DNA from: Clostridiales bacterium
GTDB taxonomy: Bacteria > Bacillota > Clostridia > Lachnospirales > Lachnospiraceae
DNA length: 64,000 bases
Reading direction: 5' to 3'
Assembly: GCA_015655075.1 (NCBI GenBank)
Contig: JAATFT010000080.1
Span: 11,123-75,122 of the forward strand
The position numbers and the translations under genes were made by a program. How positions within the stretch are numbered: the first letter of the stretch is position 1; the number at the start of each line of letters is the position of its first letter. Below the pieces are notes generated by a model, which ran no database searches, was not told where the DNA came from, and worked only from the letters and a program-made list of their open reading frames with translations. This document shows positions 58,769 through 64,000 of this stretch, one piece after another.

Positions 58769-60259
58769 TCAATTCATCTTGCTAATAACTATATCGGCTA
58801 ATTTATCCACGGAGCTATTATCATATATCTCTTTGAATGTAAGTCTCACCGAAAACACTTTAGCGCATTCCATCTGTAATTTTGCAGCCATAATTGATTG
58901 ACCGCCAAGCTGTAAAAATGATTGTTTAGTATCCAAAGTATCTACCTTGAGTAATCTCATATAAATTTCCTGTATTATATTACTGACTGTCGTATTATTC
59001 ATAAAGCTTCCTCCTAGTTTACTCATTGCAAGTATTTCACCTCTAAACTGATTAAATGAATCAGTCAAAAAACTTTTATCTAAGAAATCTTTTTGGTGTA
59101 TCCAAGCAAAAATATAAGAATCAATAGTACTGTACACCTGAAAGTCAATCCATACTTTTGGTGTCTGATTGATAAAATAGCTGAGATTACCTAGAGTTTT
59201 TCTTATTTTTTCATCGACTAATGCCGGAACTATATGGAACGAATATACAATAGGCGCACTTATAGAGCTTTTTGTATTAGCATTAATCTTTCTTAGGAAA
59301 TCAATGCCACTATACGGTTGATGCTCTAGTCCATCGTAATATTGAGTCTTGACATCATCTATCATTTCTTTTTCTGCGAGACTACTATTCACCTTAATAA
59401 TTATCATATTAGAGAAGTCACCTATTACATGTGTTTCTTCAAAAGGCTGGGTGAAAACTGGTATATTGACAAGAAATTCTTTTTCTTCACTCCATTTGGC
59501 TATTACTTTTATATAGATCGTCAATATCAATATGTTAATATTACAGTCTCTTTTTTCTCCGGCTAAAATGAGATTTTCCCATTGTCTATAATCTATAGAA
59601 AAATTCCAATTTTCAAACTTAGATGTTCGTATTTTATTACTATGTGGAAGTCTAGGCCCTCCAGGCATACATGAACTCTTTTTATGCCAATATTCTGAAT
59701 GACTTATTTTATTACTATTGATATTCTTAATCCAGTCACGAAAGCTCCAATCATTTGGTATTGCTGGTAATTTTTCATCCAAATTAATTGCTGCAAAATC
59801 ATGTAGTAAATAGAGTGCACTTTGTATATCACAACATATCATGTCTATATCAAAAAGAAAAAATGTCTGCTTATCAGGCATTAAACAAGCACTCAGTGCC
59901 ACTACCTGGCCCTTTTCAATATTTAATAGACGCCCTTCTGTATATGCACGTATTTGTTCTAACTCATTATAAGCATCCGTTATTTGTTTATTGGACATAT
60001 CAAAAATAGTTATTTTATCATATTTACTTTCATAACATATTTTTTGTTTTCCATTGGCTATCGAAATACGGAGCATCTCATGTCTATCAAAAAGTCTCGC
60101 CCATGCTTGGGATAATTTCTCAATATTAATCTCTTTTTCTTGAACAAACTCAAAATATGAATGACAGCATTTAACCGGAGCATTCTTATCATATCTTGAT
60201 AAGTAATATGAGTTTTGCATATCAGTTAGTTCAAATTCTTCATAAGTTAGCATTCTCAA
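58769..60259 (-). CDS. Heterocyclization (Cy) domain fused to a carrier protein (likely aryl carrier)
   Basis: FELTDMQNSY, RHEMLR, DMICCDIQS (DxxxxDxxS), PIVYS, QTPKVWIDFQ; C-terminal LGGQSI carrier with its own internal RBS and ATG (59002). Confidence 0.88.
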   Translation of the reverse strand: MRMLTYEEFELTDMQNSYYLSRYDKNAPVKCCHSYFEFVQEKEINIEKLSQAWARLFDRHEMLRISIANGKQKICYESKYDKITIFDMSNKQITDAYNELEQIRAYTEGRLLNIEKGQVVALSACLMPDKQTFFLFDIDMICCDIQSALYLLHDFAAINLDEKLPAIPNDWSFRDWIKNINSNKISHSEYWHKKSSCMPGGPRLPHSNKIRTSKFENWNFSIDYRQWENLILAGEKRDCNINILILTIYIKVIAKWSEEKEFLVNIPVFTQPFEETHVIGDFSNMIIIKVNSSLAEKEMIDDVKTQYYDGLEHQPYSGIDFLRKINANTKSSISAPIVYSFHIVPALVDEKIRKTLGNLSYFINQTPKVWIDFQVYSTIDSYIFAWIHQKDFLDKSFLTDSFNQFRGEILAMSKLGGSFMNNTTVSNIIQEIYMRLLKVDTLDTKQSFLQLGGQSIMAAKLQMECAKVFSVRLTFKEIYDNSSVDKLADIVISKMN

Positions 60260-61851
60260 ACCTCTTTTACGGTGAGCCTATTTAAGACTTCAGCAAGCAA
60301 TTTCTGTTTATCCACTTTATTAACAGCCGTCAACGGAAAAGTCTCAAACACTAGGACATTATCTGGTATTTTATAATCTGAAACTCCTTGTTGCTTCAGA
60401 TAGGGTCTTACCTCCTTTTCAGTAATTGTTTCTGGATCTCGACAAATAACACAAGCACAAACACTATTCCCTAATAATTCATCAGGTACGCCTAAGATCA
60501 CACTATTTACAACAGCGGGATGATTATTAATATATTCCTCTACTTCCGATGGCATTATTTTTTCGCCTGCCCTATTTATTTGCTCTTTAAAACGCCCTAT
60601 TATTTTTATATTATTGCTTTCGGTCATAATAGCCATATCTCCAGTTTTATAGAAACCATCTTCAGAAAAGCTGTCCTTATTTACAGATTCAGCATCATAA
60701 TAACCTGCAATAGTATATGGGCCTTTAGTTATTAATTCCCCTGGCTCACCAATCCCAACTTCATTGCCGTTGTCATCAATAATTTTAAGTTTGTCATATT
60801 CAGATATCGGTTTCCCCTGGGTTCTAAATACCACTTCATCTGAATCCATTAAGGAAGTAGTACATATTAATCCTTCCGCTGTACCAAACACTTGCATGAG
60901 TTGGCACTTGAATCCTTCTTTAATCTGCTTCGCAGCGGAGGACGTTAATGCCGCTCCACCTATTGCAATAAATCTTAGACTTTTTATATTAAAAGAAGCA
61001 TCCCATTCCAAATACTGTAAGCACATTACAGCAAGTGTAGGAACTAATGATGTATGTGTTATATGCTTCGCTTCTATTAACTCTAATATTTCCATCGGAC
61101 TTGGGTATCGGCATATTACAACTTGTCCACCCGTATCAAAAGTTGCTAAAATCCCTGGATTATTTAAGGCAAAATTATGTGCAACAGGAAGCGCAACTAA
61201 ATACTTATCTTCACTTTTCAAACCACACCGATGGGCACACATTTTCCCATTATAAATGTAATCTCCATGTGTTCTTGGTATTAGTTTAGGGGTTCCTGTT
61301 GTTCCTCCTGAAAGTAAAAATAGTGCTACATCATCGGGCTTTGGCTTCCTATACTCATAAGAAACAATGTGTTCATAACTCTTTTCGATCGCATTACGTA
61401 TTTCAGAAGAAAAAACAATGCACATTAAGTTTGGGCATGCCACCATCAGTTGTTCTGCCAATTTAACATAGTCATGATCGAGATAACATTCATCAGCTAA
61501 ATATGCTACAGCTGATGTTTTGTTAACAAGTCTAATAATATCCTTCTCTCGATGTGCTGGGAGCGCAAGTACCGGTTTAACACCTATTTCAAACAATGAC
61601 AGAAGCGTTAAAACAAACTCATAACCATTAGAAAATTGCATTATAACAATATCTCCAAACTTCAAACCTCTATCAATAAAATAAGAGGCCAAAGTCATTA
61701 CCTTCTCATACATTTCCTTGTACGAAAATGTAATCTCGTTATCTACTAATGCTATATTATTTGCAAACTCTTGTGACCAGTTCCTCATTTCTTCACTATA
61801 GGTATACATTTCCCAATCTTTCTTTTCGTGCCCAACATTATTATTTCGCAT
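60256..61851 (-). CDS. Aryl-acid AMP ligase (DhbE/EntE/YbtE family)
   Basis: ALPAHR, LLSGGTTGTPKLIPRTH.DY, HNFALNNPG, QVFGTAEGLIC, INRAGEKI, PLTAVNKVDK. Confidence 0.92.
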   Translation of the reverse strand: MRNNNVGHEKKDWEMYTYSEEMRNWSQEFANNIALVDNEITFSYKEMYEKVMTLASYFIDRGLKFGDIVIMQFSNGYEFVLTLLSLFEIGVKPVLALPAHREKDIIRLVNKTSAVAYLADECYLDHDYVKLAEQLMVACPNLMCIVFSSEIRNAIEKSYEHIVSYEYRKPKPDDVALFLLSGGTTGTPKLIPRTHGDYIYNGKMCAHRCGLKSEDKYLVALPVAHNFALNNPGILATFDTGGQVVICRYPSPMEILELIEAKHITHTSLVPTLAVMCLQYLEWDASFNIKSLRFIAIGGAALTSSAAKQIKEGFKCQLMQVFGTAEGLICTTSLMDSDEVVFRTQGKPISEYDKLKIIDDNGNEVGIGEPGELITKGPYTIAGYYDAESVNKDSFSEDGFYKTGDMAIMTESNNIKIIGRFKEQINRAGEKIMPSEVEEYINNHPAVVNSVILGVPDELLGNSVCACVICRDPETITEKEVRPYLKQQGVSDYKIPDNVLVFETFPLTAVNKVDKQKLLAEVLNRLTVKEV

Positions 61852-63079
61852 CGCTACTCACTCCTATATTAATCGCTATGTTCCCACCACCAATCTGATT
61901 TAGAAACAGTTTTTGATGCACTTCTGCCAATTCTTTAAATTCAAAAATATGCTGCACTGATTTCGGCATCTTTGAGTTTGACAACAATTCAACATAATTT
62001 CGCGCATCGATTGTAGACGCAGCATGAGAACCTTGCAAGCGCCTAATACCTAACCATAAATATCTTAAATCCAACGTACCTGTATATCCGGATGTCGCAC
62101 CACAAAGTACTACCATACCTTTCTTATCACATACAAAGATAGATGTTGGTAAAGTGTCTTTACCCGGGTGCTCTAGCACAATTCGAGGATCCTGCCTTAC
62201 TCCTGCTACCTTATATATGCTCCTTTTAAATTTCACTGCCTCTTTAAGCCATACTTTATATGCCTCTTCATTTTGATATAACTCTTCTGAAGTGGCTCCC
62301 CAGTGATTAAACTTTGTACGATCTACATATCCTTTGGCCCCTAAGCGAATGCATTGGAGACCTCGCTCTTCGCTTGATACTACTGCTACTGCAATCCCTC
62401 CCAGCTCATTAATTAAAGGGATTGCGCTGCTACCTAAGCCCCCGGCTCCGCCCCAGACAAGAACAACATCACCTTTTTGTATTGTATTTCCTTCCCAATG
62501 TGTGAGCATATTAAATACTGTAGCACCAGTAGCTGTACAAGCTGCGGCCTCTTGCCAGGATAATGATTTAGGTTTATGGATACACTGTAGTTCCAAAACT
62601 TTGGAATATTGTGCATAAGATCCCCAATTCCCTTCATATCCCCATATGCGAAAGGTAGGACTAACGCGTGCATCATCAAATTTTTTATATACGGTACATT
62701 CAGAATCATACTGGACGCCAATGCAAATCACCTCATCACCAACTTTGAACCTAGTAACATTTTTCCCGACTGCACATATGATTCCACTTGATTCACTACC
62801 ACAGATCATAAAATCTTGATTTTCCTCATACCGGTGGTGTGCTTTGACAACATTTCTCGGCTTGCCTAACGCTGCCCAAACACCATTATAATTAACTCCA
62901 GTCGCCATATTGCGAACCAATATTTCATTATCGCCAATGGTAGGAATGGGAACCTTTTCGAGCTGAAAAGCATCTTTAGGTTCACCTAATCTATCTTCTC
63001 TGAGTGTCCATGCATACATTTCTCTGGAAATACTATTGAAGTTCAGTTCATAAGCATTAGTAACTTGGCAGTTTTTCAT
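61841..63079 (-). CDS. ccr: Crotonyl-CoA carboxylase/reductase (enoyl-CoA carboxylase/reductase, ECR)
   Basis: MYAW..R..R.GEP, GVNYNGVWA, GSESSG, RIWGYE, WGSYAQ, WGGAGGLG, EHPG..T, CGATSGY, DLRYLW, LQGSH. Confidence 0.9.
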   Translation of the reverse strand: MKNCQVTNAYELNFNSISREMYAWTLREDRLGEPKDAFQLEKVPIPTIGDNEILVRNMATGVNYNGVWAALGKPRNVVKAHHRYEENQDFMICGSESSGIICAVGKNVTRFKVGDEVICIGVQYDSECTVYKKFDDARVSPTFRIWGYEGNWGSYAQYSKVLELQCIHKPKSLSWQEAAACTATGATVFNMLTHWEGNTIQKGDVVLVWGGAGGLGSSAIPLINELGGIAVAVVSSEERGLQCIRLGAKGYVDRTKFNHWGATSEELYQNEEAYKVWLKEAVKFKRSIYKVAGVRQDPRIVLEHPGKDTLPTSIFVCDKKGMVVLCGATSGYTGTLDLRYLWLGIRRLQGSHAASTIDARNYVELLSNSKMPKSVQHIFEFKELAEVHQKLFLNQIGGGNIAINIGVSSDAK

Positions 63080-63107
63080 CTTTAGCCCTCCTATTTAGTC
63101 CTCCTAA

Positions 63108-63998
63108 TTATTCAGTTTCTTTTAACGATTCAGTCATATTTACTTTCTTTATCTTCCTTCTTACAGGTATATCTGATAGGATTGTGTATCCGAATGCGAG
63201 CGCACATGAGATTACTATGGAGCTTATTTTTACAACATACGGAAAACTCATATCATCCGTTGCCGATGTGTCAAATACTGCCTTCATTAGCAGTAACCCT
63301 AATGGAACTCCCCCAATCACTCCTAGTACTGTCAAAAGCAAGTTTTCTATCTCAAAAACCGAAGCCACTTCTTTTCTTCCAAAGCCCAGCACCTTCATAG
63401 TTGCAAGTGTTGAACTTCTTTCCATAATATTAATTACAGATATGTTATATATTACAGCAAATGATAACAGCATAGCACCAATAATCATCATCCCAACAAG
63501 AGCTGCCATGCTTTTTGTATAATTTTCAACCGAACTTTTTTGTTCAGCTTTAGAAATAACCGAATCTACTTCCGGTACATCATCATAGAAGTCTTTAATA
63601 TCATTTAATGTAATATCAGAGGATACCTTAATGTACATGGTAAGTGGCTTTAATTCTAGATCCATATTCTCAAGAAAATCAGGAGTACAATATATTTCTT
63701 GAGATAAATATTGCTCAGAAATTGCTTTTACTTTGCCACTGATGGTTTCCCCACCATATATCGAATCTGTCAACTTAACTTTTATATCATCACCAACAGC
63801 TAAATCATATAAGTCAGATAGTCTTTGAGATACGATGAAGCCATCATTAGGAACGGCTAATTCATTAGCTTCACTGTCAATTATTCTATAAAAATCGTGA
63901 TTATCTTGAAGTGCTACTATTGAACCAAATGTCGTTTTTTCATCGTCTTTTATTTCGAAGCCAAGGGTGCTAACATAGGATGTTTCTATTCCCTCAGG
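63108..63998 (-). CDS. FtsX-like ABC permease, 3' part (runs off the window)
   Basis: Frame open to the window end; VIYNISVINIMER..LATMKVLGF...E and KVNMTESLK..E terminal motif. Confidence 0.88.
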   Translation of the reverse strand, partial: PEGIETSYVSTLGFEIKDDEKTTFGSIVALQDNHDFYRIIDSEANELAVPNDGFIVSQRLSDLYDLAVGDDIKVKLTDSIYGGETISGKVKAISEQYLSQEIYCTPDFLENMDLELKPLTMYIKVSSDITLNDIKDFYDDVPEVDSVISKAEQKSSVENYTKSMAALVGMMIIGAMLLSFAVIYNISVINIMERSSTLATMKVLGFGRKEVASVFEIENLLLTVLGVIGGVPLGLLLMKAVFDTSATDDMSFPYVVKISSIVISCALAFGYTILSDIPVRRKIKKVNMTESLKETE

Positions 63999-64000
63999 AT

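Noticed and set aside
55412-61851. Calling the cluster a yersiniabactin/pyochelin siderophore locus
   Set aside because: The A domain lacks Cys-type motifs; no thiazoline reductase, methyltransferase, salicylate synthase or siderophore uptake genes in view; CCR and A-KR modules are foreign to those pathways
1-64000. CRISPR arrays, tRNA/rRNA, integrase/transposase, PPTase and MbtH genes
   Set aside because: No regularly spaced repeats or recognisable sequences of these types were seen by eye

Overview
Firmicute (Clostridia/Lachnospiraceae-like, inferred from gene content, promoter and RBS style) chromosome segment in three blocks. (1) 1-16.2 kb: gene remnants (HicA, AAA-ATPase, lactonase), then a minus-strand glycan/sugar-acid catabolic locus (LacI, GH2, UxuA, AraC, sugar ABC transporter, GH10, RraA-like aldolase, enolase-superfamily dehydratase, SDR) containing a 166-bp CTAG-bounded MITE-like palindrome. 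(2) 16.3-31.4 kb: a mosaic, partly decaying accessory region (BlaI-M56 pair with tandem operators, two oriT-like stretches, frameshifted ECF sigma, ABC permease and VanZ, MarR-CDF, intact BceRS-AB-like module). (3) 31.7-64 kb: a visibly AT-richer, co-oriented minus-strand hybrid NRPS-PKS cluster, which is the main finding. It combines a crotonyl-CoA carboxylase/reductase, an aryl-acid AMP ligase, a split heterocyclization (Cy/Cy-A) module predicted for Ser/Thr, two alpha-keto-acid A-KR depsipeptide modules (one ending in a terminal reductase), a KS-AT-ACP with a non-canonical RAGH AT motif, a KS with a dead AT, two type II TEs and a collapsed acyl-CoA carboxylase cassette. The parts list mirrors antimycin/neoantimycin logic but is rewired for an aryl-oxazoline and reductive release in a probable anaerobe. 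I do not recognise a characterised cluster with this architecture; no database search was possible. The cluster probably continues past the right edge.
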